From sequence record SRR2962707_4308: a DNA stretch of 38,482 nucleotides, one strand, 5' to 3'. Positions within the stretch are counted from its first letter, which is position 1. Each line of letters starts with the position of its first letter. Under the pieces are notes generated by a model. That model was not told the origin of the DNA and ran no database searches. It saw only the letters and a program-made list of their open reading frames with translations. Below, in pieces: positions 1 to 7,741 of this stretch. Made by a program: the position numbers and the translations under genes.

Positions 1-22
1 TCAAATCCTACCGTCCCGACCA
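1..22 (+). tRNA. 3' end of tRNA-Pro (T-loop to CCA); left att junction
   Basis: TCAAAT-CCTAC-CGTCCCG-A-CCA; joined to the window end it gives the T arm GTAGG-TTCAAAT-CCTAC. Confidence 0.88.
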
Positions 23-30
23 GAATTCCC

Positions 31-69
31 CGAAAAGGCAGACACTTAAAAGGCGTCTGCCTTTTTTCG
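31..69. terminator. Bidirectional intrinsic terminator between tRNA 3' end and convergent integrase
   Basis: AAAAGGCAGAC...GTCTGCCTTTTTT inverted repeat with flanking A/T tracts. Confidence 0.8.
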
Positions 70-76
70 TTTTGGG

Positions 77-110
77 CCAACCAAAATAGAACCAATAGAA
101 AACCAAAACC
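77..110 (+). repeat. Three tandem AACCAA repeats, probable integrase arm-type sites
   Basis: AACCAA at 79, 90 and 101 (11-bp period); related AACCAAAAC at 38336 near the other att end. Confidence 0.55.
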
Positions 111-112
111 CC

Positions 113-1189
113 CTACTCTGCAGCAACCTCCACCCACCGAATTTCATCGTGTCCTGAGTCATAGTTGCTGGTCATTTTTGCACTGGCATGGCCGGCCAGC
201 TGCTGGGGATCTGCACCCCTGTCCCGGTACCGCTTGATGCCCAGCGCACGAATCTCATGGAACGTTGGCAGCTCATTTTCAGGTACGCCGTCGAACAAGC
301 CGGATTCGTCCCGAGCTTCAGCGAATGCCCTGGTAATCATCTGAGGTCGAACCTGTGTCCAGTGATCCATGCCCTCCCGATCTTTCACTTTACGCTCAGG
401 CCTGCGATGCACCAGGTACGGGCTGGCCAGATCGTCACGGCACCGCCGGATAACCTTCTCCAGCTTCGGGCCAATGCTGATGGCCAAATAGCCGGTGTCG
501 TACTTCTCCGTTTTCTCCTGCACCACGTAAAGCTTTCCGTCACGGATATTGTCGAACTTCATCCGCGACACATCGCCCCGGCGCTGCAGAGTAATAAGAG
601 CAAGATCCATGGCATTTTGAGCCCACGCAGGGCACAGCGCGTAGATGGCGTCGTACTGTGCCTGAGTTAGCCGCCGGCGCGCCTTCTTCTCTCTGCGCTT
701 CAGCGTGGCCTCGGCAGGGTTATCTGATCGAAGCCCTCGGCTCACCGCCACCCGAAACAGGCCAACAACCACCTGCCGAATCTGGTTCGCGGACCGCGGC
801 GAATACTTTTCCAGTAGCTCGGCGATGTCCTGAACGCTCACGTCCTCGACTGCGACATCGCCCATGGCAGCTTCCAGCTTGCGAGCCTGGACCCGATACA
901 TTTCCAGAGTGCTCGGTTTGTATTCCCGCTCCGGAGCGATGTTTTCAAAGAACCATTTGATGTGCTGGCTAACCGTCACATTGCCCAACACCTTCGCCAC
1001 CAGGTCATTTTCTGGCATCAAGTGCGCGTTCAGTTCCTTGGCGGCCGCGATGGCCTGGGCCTTATTGGAACCCATACCGTGGAACTTTCCGGTAACCGGA
1101 TGACGATATTGATACGACTTGCCACCGTTGTTCGGATACAGATTCGGTGGCAAAGCTCTGTTCTTCGGTCTGCGTGGCCGTGGGCTCAT
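113..1189 (-). CDS. int: Lambda-type tyrosine integrase with N-terminal arm-binding domain
   Basis: YQYRHPVTGK arm-binding N-terminus; catalytic R (QRRGD), HEIR, LAGH, Y (SNYD); adjacent to att. Confidence 0.96.
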   Translation of the reverse strand: MSPRPRRPKNRALPPNLYPNNGGKSYQYRHPVTGKFHGMGSNKAQAIAAAKELNAHLMPENDLVAKVLGNVTVSQHIKWFFENIAPEREYKPSTLEMYRVQARKLEAAMGDVAVEDVSVQDIAELLEKYSPRSANQIRQVVVGLFRVAVSRGLRSDNPAEATLKRREKKARRRLTQAQYDAIYALCPAWAQNAMDLALITLQRRGDVSRMKFDNIRDGKLYVVQEKTEKYDTGYLAISIGPKLEKVIRRCRDDLASPYLVHRRPERKVKDREGMDHWTQVRPQMITRAFAEARDESGLFDGVPENELPTFHEIRALGIKRYRDRGADPQQLAGHASAKMTSNYDSGHDEIRWVEVAAE

Positions 1190-1380
1190 GCTGCCAGCAC
1201 CCTATTCACTAGGGGGTTATTCGATACCTTTAGTCTGTCCAGGTCCACATAGTAGATGGTTCCGATACGCTGACCGGGCAGCTCGCCTTCGTCGATGCAT
1301 TTTTTTAGCGTCTTCATGTCCGGCTCACTCCCCTTCTCAAAGTACCGAGTCCGGAATTGTGTTGCTTTCATGAGTTTCAC
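1186..1380 (-). CDS. xis: Excisionase
   Basis: 64 aa, winged-helix-like (TLKKCIDEGELPGQRIGTIYYVD), 4-bp overlap with int. Confidence 0.8.
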   Translation of the reverse strand: MKLMKATQFRTRYFEKGSEPDMKTLKKCIDEGELPGQRIGTIYYVDLDRLKVSNNPLVNRVLAA

Positions 1381-1472
1381 TGTTCGCCTCCCGGCCAGGG
1401 CAGGAGCTCCTGCCGCTGGGCATATTCCATAACCGTGCCGCCGTTACTGGTGTTTTCGTAGGGTAGCGTCAT
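1377..1472 (-). pseudogene. 31-aa mini-ORF, possible internal-deletion remnant of a phage gene
   Basis: MTLPYENTSNGGTVMEYAQRQELLPWPGGEQ; ATGA and GTGA overlaps with both neighbours. Confidence 0.5.
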
Positions 1473-1756
1473 GCTACTTTTTCCTCATATCCCCGGTAAC
1501 ACTCCGCCCCTGCAGGCTTATCAAACGGGCAGTTGCACTCCGGGTAGTTGCAGGCCCGGCCGGCGGGCTTCTTCAGATCTGCGTAGACCAGGTCAAGCAA
1601 ATACTCTGTCTGATCGTCATACCCCTGCCTGCTGGCGGCCTTGGCAATGCTGTGGCGCTCTGCACTGGTGAGCTCCATGCGGTATTCCTGCACATCCAGC
1701 TGCTTGTTTTTCTCCCGCTGGCGGCGCTTTCGTTCTGCTGGTGTCAGGGCCATCAC
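1469..1756 (-). CDS. Hypothetical phage protein (basic N-terminus, Cys-rich C-terminus)
   Basis: MALTPAERKRRQRE start typical of phage early genes; coupled overlaps. Confidence 0.7.
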   Translation of the reverse strand: MMALTPAERKRRQREKNKQLDVQEYRMELTSAERHSIAKAASRQGYDDQTEYLLDLVYADLKKPAGRACNYPECNCPFDKPAGAECYRGYEEKVA

Positions 1757-1965
1757 ACATCCCCCAGGACATTCAGCGCCTTTCGGCCCGCCTTCATCAG
1801 GGCCTTCCGGTGGCTGATCTTTTCGATGCCGTTGGCGTTCATGTAGTGCAGGGTTTCGGCCACGGTTGCCAGCGTGCTCACCGGGCTAGTGGTAGCGCTG
1901 AGCATCAATGATGTCTCGCAATCGCTGGCGGAACTTCCGATTACGTATTGGGGCCCTTTGCTCAT
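1753..1965 (-). CDS. Hypothetical phage protein
   Basis: Start reassigned to MSKGPQ at 1965 (ATGA overlap, GGAG SD). Confidence 0.6.
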   Translation of the reverse strand: MSKGPQYVIGSSASDCETSLMLSATTSPVSTLATVAETLHYMNANGIEKISHRKALMKAGRKALNVLGDV

Positions 1966-2120
1966 GATTCTGTCTCCGCTTCTTTCAGGTGCTCCAACCA
2001 CACATCCCATTGCTCTGGCTGTAACCAGGTGCCGTCTTTGAGCACTGCGCACCCGCTGGAGTGGATGTAGGCCAGCCCTGCCTCCTCAATCAGTTCGATG
2101 ATTTCCTCTGGCAACTTCAT
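1962..2120 (-). CDS. Hypothetical phage protein
   Basis: Start reassigned to MKLPEE at 2120 (ATGA overlap, GAGG SD). Confidence 0.6.
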   Translation of the reverse strand: MKLPEEIIELIEEAGLAYIHSSGCAVLKDGTWLQPEQWDVWLEHLKEAETES

Positions 2121-2347
2121 GCCGCTAATACCTCGCTCGAAATGCTGTATGCAGTCACCCCTTCCCCGAACAGATCTTTGCCGCACGGGACAAGGGCGCC
2201 TTTCTTAACCAGGGCCCGTAGCGTTAACTGGTTCACTTGGGTGCCATCGACCAAGAAGGCCCTGCCGCTGGCATCAACATTGATGCTCTGTCCGGTCTCC
2301 TGCATGTGCTTTAACACTTTGATCTGGGGGGAGGTATAGCCGCTCAT
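2117..2347 (-). CDS. Hypothetical phage protein
   Basis: Coupled ORF in the leftward operon. Confidence 0.65.
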   Translation of the reverse strand: MSGYTSPQIKVLKHMQETGQSINVDASGRAFLVDGTQVNQLTLRALVKKGALVPCGKDLFGEGVTAYSISSEVLAA

Positions 2348-2964
2348 TACGCCATTTCCTTTTTCCGCTTGCTCATCGCCAACTTGAGCCTGGCCAAATT
2401 AAGGAGCACATCAAAACCACCCTCCGGAGGGCTCTCCATGGCAAAAAACTTATTCAGGATGGCGTTCTCTGCCATTGAAACCAGCACCAAGTTTTCTCGA
2501 GCAAAATTCCGTTTATCCCCATCCTTCAACCGAACAACGTGCTTTGGCGGTACCGATCGTCCGTGGTACTCCTCCCATTTGAGGACATGCACAAACCTCC
2601 AGTTCTTTCGGGTCATCCCTGTAGGCGCGTCATCGCGAACCTTCCGCTTCAGGTAGCCATCTTTGTCGACAGACTCAGCGCCAATGGGAACCGTATTATT
2701 AGGTTTGCTCCCGGGCTTGAACCGAGTCTCAGCTCCTCGGCCGCCAGGCATGTAGCTCACACCTTTATTCCAGCTCCCCTGCCCTTTTTGAAAACAACCC
2801 GGTTTTGTGGCCATGTAGGCCTCTGATTTCTTCAGCCCCAGCACCGTTGCTCGATTCTTCACGGCCAGATAGCTGCAGTTCAGAATCTTAGCGATCGTCC
2901 GGTTGGGGGTGTTCGGGTACATGTCTCGCAGCCACTCATCCCGCTGTGGGTTCCAGGTCGTCAT
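2347..2964 (-). CDS. HNH endonuclease-like protein (N-terminal HTH, C-terminal HNH)
   Basis: HVLKWEEYHG...KDGDKRNFARENL; ETRFKPG repeats. Confidence 0.8.
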   Translation of the reverse strand: MTTWNPQRDEWLRDMYPNTPNRTIAKILNCSYLAVKNRATVLGLKKSEAYMATKPGCFQKGQGSWNKGVSYMPGGRGAETRFKPGSKPNNTVPIGAESVDKDGYLKRKVRDDAPTGMTRKNWRFVHVLKWEEYHGRSVPPKHVVRLKDGDKRNFARENLVLVSMAENAILNKFFAMESPPEGGFDVLLNLARLKLAMSKRKKEMA

Positions 2965-2967
2965 GGG

Positions 2968-3189
2968 TCACTCCAGCAGCTTAGGGCCGTCCTGAAGGCC
3001 GTACTCACGCTTGTGCTTGTCGGCGTCCAGAACCAAGCGGGCATTCGACACCACCTCTTTACTTACGCTGGTGATTGCCCTGCTTCGATCAATCTCGTCC
3101 TGCAGGGCGTCACCGCTCAAGCTCTCGTCGTTGAGGCGCTCGAGCTGGGCAAAAAGGTGATTGTTCAGATCAGTCAGTTTGTTCTTCAT
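2968..3189 (-). CDS. Conserved small phage protein usually found upstream of this HNH family
   Basis: MKNKLTDLNNHLFAQLERL signature. Confidence 0.75.
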   Translation of the reverse strand: MKNKLTDLNNHLFAQLERLNDESLSGDALQDEIDRSRAITSVSKEVVSNARLVLDADKHKREYGLQDGPKLLE

Positions 3190-3472
3190 AGAATGGATCC
3201 TCCGTGGATTCGCTTTCGATCTGTTTCAGCAGCTCGTTAGAATTCCGCACGGCTGCCCGGTATGTGTTCAGCGGTGCAGCCGCCATCATGGCCAGCCCGG
3301 TCAGGTCTTTGAGCACCTGGTAAAGCTCGTCTGCGTACCGGACCTTGGCGGTTTCAGCCCGCAGCGGAAGTGCGCAACCTCCGGATCTGGCAGCGCAGAA
3401 GGTTGCAGCGTTCCGCGAGTCAAACACTCCCGCTACCTGCCCCGCGTGTATCCATGCCCATGCATCAGCCAC
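3170..3472 (-). CDS. Hypothetical phage protein
   Basis: Coupled ORF with SD in the leftward operon. Confidence 0.6.
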   Translation of the reverse strand: MADAWAWIHAGQVAGVFDSRNAATFCAARSGGCALPLRAETAKVRYADELYQVLKDLTGLAMMAAAPLNTYRAAVRNSNELLKQIESESTEDPFYEEQTD

Positions 3473-3653
3473 GGCGCTTTCCCTCCCTCTTCTTCAAGTG
3501 GACTTCCTCGCGGTCGATGGTCACCGACTTGGGTGCGATGATTCCCATGCGGGCTGTATTGCCGCTGTTGTGGATCATCACCACCTTGATTTCCGGTCCA
3601 CCCTCCGGGGTGATCACCAGTGCTTCGCCGTCTTTCCTGGTAACTACCAGCAT
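3465..3653 (-). CDS. csrA: CsrA/RsmA-family RNA-binding protein (62 aa)
   Basis: MLVVTRKDGEALVI...RMGIIAPKSVTIDREEV matches the CsrA consensus MLILTRRVGE...GIxAPKxVxVHREEI; AAGGAG SD; start reassigned to 3653. Confidence 0.9.
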   Translation of the reverse strand: MLVVTRKDGEALVITPEGGPEIKVVMIHNSGNTARMGIIAPKSVTIDREEVHLKKREGKRRG

Positions 3654-3663
3654 GCCGATCTCC

Positions 3664-3867
3664 TTATGCCGCGCCCGGGCCCGGCTGATTGATTTGCCGC
3701 AGCCGCACAGGTAGACGGACCACGTTCTGTTCCCTGGGCACCACCTTGTAGGTGCGATTGGCGCCCAGGCGAATCTCACAGCCCAGCTCGGTTGCCAGCT
3801 GGCGGAGTGCAGGGTCCAGCTTTGCCAGGGTCAGGTTTTCCGGAAATTCCACAGTTACAGCTGCCAT
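3664..3867 (-). CDS. Hypothetical phage protein
   Basis: MAAVTVEF start with AAGGAG SD. Confidence 0.6.
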   Translation of the reverse strand: MAAVTVEFPENLTLAKLDPALRQLATELGCEIRLGANRTYKVVPREQNVVRLPVRLRQINQPGPGAA

Positions 3868-3877
3868 GCTCTGCTCC

Positions 3878-4267
3878 TTATGCGTAGATGCCGCGAATAG
3901 CCGTGCGGCCGATGGTGTTCTGGGTAACGGGAGGACGACCGCCACTGATCGGCGTGGGCCGGCTGCGCATCGCGGGCAGCATGGCGAAAGCCATCAAAGC
4001 CCAGGCGAGCATCCGGGCCCGGAATAGGCCCTGCATCCAGCCCTGGGAAATCAGGTCTACCCTGCTGTGCGCGTGAAACTGGTCTTTAGCCTCGTCGAGG
4101 TGCCAGTTAACGGTGTCTGGTGAGATGTCGAGCTGGCGCGCAATTTCTTTGGCGCTCATTCCCCGGGCCGCCAGCATGACGACTTCGGCCCGGCGAGGCG
4201 GAAGCAGTGACTCGTCCGCCAGCTCAACGATCATTCGGGGGTAATGCGGTTTCTGTCTGCGGCCCAT
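3878..4267 (-). CDS. LuxR-type HTH protein with hydrophobic C-terminal segment; first gene of the pL operon
   Basis: LPPRRAEVVMLAARGMSAKEIARQLDISPDTVNWHL; GGGAG SD before ATG at 4267. Confidence 0.85.
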   Translation of the reverse strand: MGRRQKPHYPRMIVELADESLLPPRRAEVVMLAARGMSAKEIARQLDISPDTVNWHLDEAKDQFHAHSRVDLISQGWMQGLFRARMLAWALMAFAMLPAMRSRPTPISGGRPPVTQNTIGRTAIRGIYA

Positions 4268-4294
4268 GGTGTTGTCTCCCTGATCAACGACTAT

Positions 4295-4344
4295 GGATAC
4301 AGCGTATACAAAACGTATCATTTGCGTCAATACATTTTGTATCC
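4295..4344 (-). promoter_or_regulatory. pL promoter and OL operators
   Basis: Minus strand TTGACG-N18-TACGCT, overlapped by ATAC-N5-GTAT palindromes at 4306-4318 and 4330-4342 that match sites between cI and cro. Confidence 0.75.
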
Positions 4345-4416
4345 CTTTGGTGGGATTTCCGCAGAGTCCAGAAATAGGCTATGGTTCCGCCCTCACGAAA
4401 CAAGGAGAGCGTCACA

Positions 4417-5151
4417 TTGAAAGCATTAGTGAATACCCTCCTAGCCCTAGCGCTGATCGTCAGCGCCGGCACGGCACTGGCAGAGCTCGTCAAGAAATCG
4501 AAATCAGGAATCTGCCACCCACCCGCCAGCTCCTTCTACGAACGCACGAAGAACTATCAGGCTTTCGATTCTGTTCACGCCTGCATCCAGTCAGGCGGGC
4601 GCCTGCCAAAGAACATGAGCAGCTTTCGGCCGATAGCCAAGGCGGAAGTGTCCGCCAGACCTGCCGCCAGCAGTGGTTATGAGAGAAGCAAGTTCGGGCA
4701 TGGGTGGGATGATGCTGATGGAGATTGCCAGAACAGCCGCGCTGAAGCGCTGATCACTGCTTCAACGACGACCGTGAGGTTTGCGGACGAACGCCGCTGC
4801 AGAGTGGTTACCGGGCGCTGGATCAGCATGTTTACAGGAAACGTGATACAGAACGCCGGCGATATCGATATCGACCATGTGGTGCCCCTGAAGTGGGCCT
4901 GGGATCACGGCGCCAGCTCCTGGACTAAGGCAAAGAGGGAGAAGTTCGCGAACGATCCGGTAAACCTGATACCGGTAGAGGCCAGCCTGAACCGAAGCAA
5001 GGGCGCCCAGGGCCCAGAAGATTGGTTGCCGCCATCAGGTAAATGCCAGTATGTCAGCAGGTTTGTGAGAATTGTGCGAACCTATAACCTAGAGCCCTCT
5101 AAGGAGCAGTTCTACCGATATAAACAGCAGCTGGCATCGTTTTGTAGCTAA
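4417..5151 (+). CDS. Exported HNH nuclease (DUF1524-like) with small N-terminal Cys domain
   Basis: TTG start after AAGGAG; signal peptide ending ALA; DIDHVVP...ANDPVNL...LNRSKG. Confidence 0.8.
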   Translation: MKALVNTLLALALIVSAGTALAELVKKSKSGICHPPASSFYERTKNYQAFDSVHACIQSGGRLPKNMSSFRPIAKAEVSARPAASSGYERSKFGHGWDDADGDCQNSRAEALITASTTTVRFADERRCRVVTGRWISMFTGNVIQNAGDIDIDHVVPLKWAWDHGASSWTKAKREKFANDPVNLIPVEASLNRSKGAQGPEDWLPPSGKCQYVSRFVRIVRTYNLEPSKEQFYRYKQQLASFCS

Positions 5152-5168
5152 TATTTGGTTGATAACCC

Positions 5169-5870
5169 ATGAAGATTCTGAGCATCGCTGCGGCATTCGC
5201 AACAATAATGGTTTCCCAGGGGGCGCTATCACAAAATCGCCTACCAGATGCGCTTCATTGTGTAGGCGTGGAAAACGACATAGCCAGACTTGAGTGCTAT
5301 GACTCGGCCTACGACAGTTTCAGGGCTGCTGAGACGGCGCAAGACAACTGGCAAATCGTAGCTAAAACCAATCCTCTCGATGACACTGTAACCACGGTAT
5401 TTATCGTTGAATCATCTGGCGGCACGAGCCCCGTGTTCGGTGAGCACAGGTTGATCATCAGATGCCGCGGAAACGAGCTGAACATATGGATTGATTGGCA
5501 TCAGTTCCTCTCAACTGAAAGTGCCAGCGATGTAACCTGGAGAGTTGGTAAGCAGAAAGCGCAATCAGGGAAATGGCCACACGGGGCGAGCTCATCATCA
5601 CTGACGTTCTACCCCCATGATGAGCCGGAACTTGTGACTCAAATGATAGATTCTGATCAATTCGTAGCGCAAACGAAGGCGGCGACCGGGGACACTCTTA
5701 CAGCCATTTTCAACGTCAGGGGCTTGGAGCAAGCAGTCACGCCAATCAAAGACGATTGCTTGCAGGAGGATGCTCTGACACGCCCGGATTACATGAACAA
5801 AGAGATTTATGAGGCGTTGAAAAGTATCAAACAAAGAGATGAATACCGGTCCAGGTCAGAAGTGGAGTAA
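5169..5870 (+). CDS. Exported protein, T6SS VasI/TagO-like
   Basis: Signal peptide; CVGVENDIARLECYD; W...NPLDD; LIIRC. Confidence 0.6.
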   Translation: MKILSIAAAFATIMVSQGALSQNRLPDALHCVGVENDIARLECYDSAYDSFRAAETAQDNWQIVAKTNPLDDTVTTVFIVESSGGTSPVFGEHRLIIRCRGNELNIWIDWHQFLSTESASDVTWRVGKQKAQSGKWPHGASSSSLTFYPHDEPELVTQMIDSDQFVAQTKAATGDTLTAIFNVRGLEQAVTPIKDDCLQEDALTRPDYMNKEIYEALKSIKQRDEYRSRSEVE

Positions 5871-5910
5871 CCTAGCGGATTAATGAGGTTAATACCAACA
5901 CCAGAAGGCC

Positions 5911-6393
5911 CTACTTGAAATCCACGTCGATGAGGTGGACATACCCTGTCAGAACCCCATCGGTAAACCTATCGATCGTGCCAGTAAAACGGATGACGTC
6001 TCCCTGGGATAGTATAAGCGCCCGATCGTCAGGAACTTCCTCGAGGTAATAATCGACTAGCGCCCTTCGATCACCGTCACTAAGCTCAACCCTATTACCC
6101 CGGTTGCCCTGCTCAACATCGATCACAGTTCCCAGCCAGGTCACTCGTTTGCCGACAAACTGAGATTTCTTGTCAGTCTCTTGGGCGGACGTGAGACCAG
6201 AAAGATAGATCTGATCCATCATCTGACCATAGGACAGGTCAATGTGTTCGGCCTGAAAGCCAGGGATCTGAAAGCTTTTGCTGAAAACGCCAGCCAGAGC
6301 ACCAACAGCCAAGACGATCATGAAGATCATCTTCGGCTTACTGGACTTGAGCTCGTCCCACATTTCGCTGGATGATTCCTTCTTCACAGCCAA
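5911..6393 (-). CDS. Membrane-anchored OB-fold-like protein
   Basis: One N-terminal TM; FVGKRVTWLGTVIDV and LSQGDVIRFTGTI strands. Confidence 0.55.
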   Translation of the reverse strand: MAVKKESSSEMWDELKSSKPKMIFMIVLAVGALAGVFSKSFQIPGFQAEHIDLSYGQMMDQIYLSGLTSAQETDKKSQFVGKRVTWLGTVIDVEQGNRGNRVELSDGDRRALVDYYLEEVPDDRALILSQGDVIRFTGTIDRFTDGVLTGYVHLIDVDFK

Positions 6394-6445
6394 TGCCGTC
6401 CTTGTGGTTTGTTAAAGCGCTCAATGCTGGCGGATTATTGCGGAT

Positions 6446-6471
6446 AAGAAAAAGCCCGCTCTTTGGCGGGC
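6446..6471 (-). terminator. Intrinsic terminator closing the hicA-hicB-chaperone operon
   Basis: Minus strand GCCCGC-CAAAGA-GCGGGC-TTTTTCTT, just after the stop at 6476. Confidence 0.8.
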
Positions 6472-6475
6472 ACGA

Positions 6476-6937
6476 TTACTCTGCAACTGGTTTTTGAACC
6501 GGCCTCAACTGTAGCGGAATGGTAATGCTATCAATGCCCGCATCGAGAAGAATTTCTCTCAACTTACTGACAATCAGAGGGTCGATAACATTGCTGAAGG
6601 TTACCACCTCTTCATGCTCTAACTCATTCAGTCTCTTGCTCGTGATCCCGTGATCCGCGCCCAAGTCAAAGCGGCCCGTTCCTGCAAGTTCAATTTCGAT
6701 TATCACTTTGTCATCGGAATCAATGTCATCTTGACCCTCGGGAATGATCTTGACGAAAGCTGTCACAGTACAGTACAGAGAATTTGAATCGACTCCAAAT
6801 CTCAAGTTGGTTTCGATTGACAGGTCTCCACCATTATTGTCTATGCGATCATAACTCGGTATGTCAAACCGAATACGATGAAAACGCATTTCCACCAAGT
6901 GGTAGTTGTAAGCACAAACCTCAATGCTCATGTGCAC
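6476..6937 (-). CDS. SecB-like chaperone (start GTG 6937 or ATG 6931)
   Basis: ~150 aa, acidic; four alternating beta-strands (...IEIELAGTGRFDL) then helix and tail DPLIVSKLREILLDAGIDSITIP, resembling SecB FPYxRxxIxxxxxxGGFPxLxLP; overlaps hicB. Confidence 0.65.
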   Translation of the reverse strand: MHMSIEVCAYNYHLVEMRFHRIRFDIPSYDRIDNNGGDLSIETNLRFGVDSNSLYCTVTAFVKIIPEGQDDIDSDDKVIIEIELAGTGRFDLGADHGITSKRLNELEHEEVVTFSNVIDPLIVSKLREILLDAGIDSITIPLQLRPVQKPVAE

Positions 6938-7448
6938 GCCCCTGACCCAGCGAATAATTGCCTTTCAGCCCCTGAAAAATCTCCTCAGACCAGCTTAATC
7001 CTGCAGTTCGTGGTTCGTTCGACGTACGAACGCTACTTGCATAGAGGCTCGCTTGATATACGTGCTTCCTAATCTGGTCATTAACGTTTTCAAGAAACTT
7101 CTGCTGTGGATCATCTTCAACATATTCAGCGATGGCCCTTGTTACAGCGTCATTGATCGAAATGTCTTGCTCAGCTGCCTTGAACGCAATTCGCTTATGC
7201 AAGTCTGCCCCGATTCTAACGTTGAATGACCCTTTGAACGGCTTGTTGGGCTCAACTCCAAGTTCGGAGCAGGTTTCTAAGTAGTCATCGACCGCTGCTT
7301 CAAACTCTTCTTGCAGTTCGGCCGGGGAGCAGGCTTCATAGGTGACCAAATCGTTGATATACATTAGCTGGCCATACATGCAATTGGTCTCTGTATCCCA
7401 GTCAACAGAACCGATTTGGCCTTTGTAATTTAGTACCTTTGAACTCAT
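6921..7448 (-). CDS. hicB: HicB antitoxin (RHH type) with ~65-aa C-terminal extension
   Basis: YKGQIGSV...INDLVTYEA...FEAAVDDYLETC...PNKPFKGSFNVRIGADLH. Confidence 0.92.
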   Translation of the reverse strand: MSSKVLNYKGQIGSVDWDTETNCMYGQLMYINDLVTYEACSPAELQEEFEAAVDDYLETCSELGVEPNKPFKGSFNVRIGADLHKRIAFKAAEQDISINDAVTRAIAEYVEDDPQQKFLENVNDQIRKHVYQASLYASSVRTSNEPRTAGLSWSEEIFQGLKGNYSLGQGRAHEH

Positions 7449-7717
7449 TTTAAGAGCCCCCTCTCCTTAAGGGATTTCACAACGGCGTCAATAGCGCCGG
7501 GCTTTACATCAGGGCTGGGATGGGGATTATGCAGGCTTATGATCATTCGATCGCCATCCGGAGCCTCTGGTAGAAAATATTTTACGCGCGAGCCACTACC
7601 TTGGAGCTCTTCAAAGCCCAATGACTCTAAATATTTCTGTAATTGTCGCCACTTGATATCCTTTGGCGTTGGCTTTCGCTTTAGTTTTTCAGCGAATCTA
7701 TCCTGTTTGTTGCCCAC
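7445..7717 (-). CDS. hicA: HicA mRNA interferase toxin
   Basis: DIKWRQLQKYLESLGF...GSGSRVKY...LHNPHP; ATGA overlap with hicB. Confidence 0.92.
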   Translation of the reverse strand: MGNKQDRFAEKLKRKPTPKDIKWRQLQKYLESLGFEELQGSGSRVKYFLPEAPDGDRMIISLHNPHPSPDVKPGAIDAVVKSLKERGLLK

Positions 7718-7741
7718 AATTTTAGGTCCTGATTTCCCGAA

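Noticed and set aside
5169-5870. Type VI secretion system
   Set aside because: Single VasI/TagO-like orphan; no core T6SS genes
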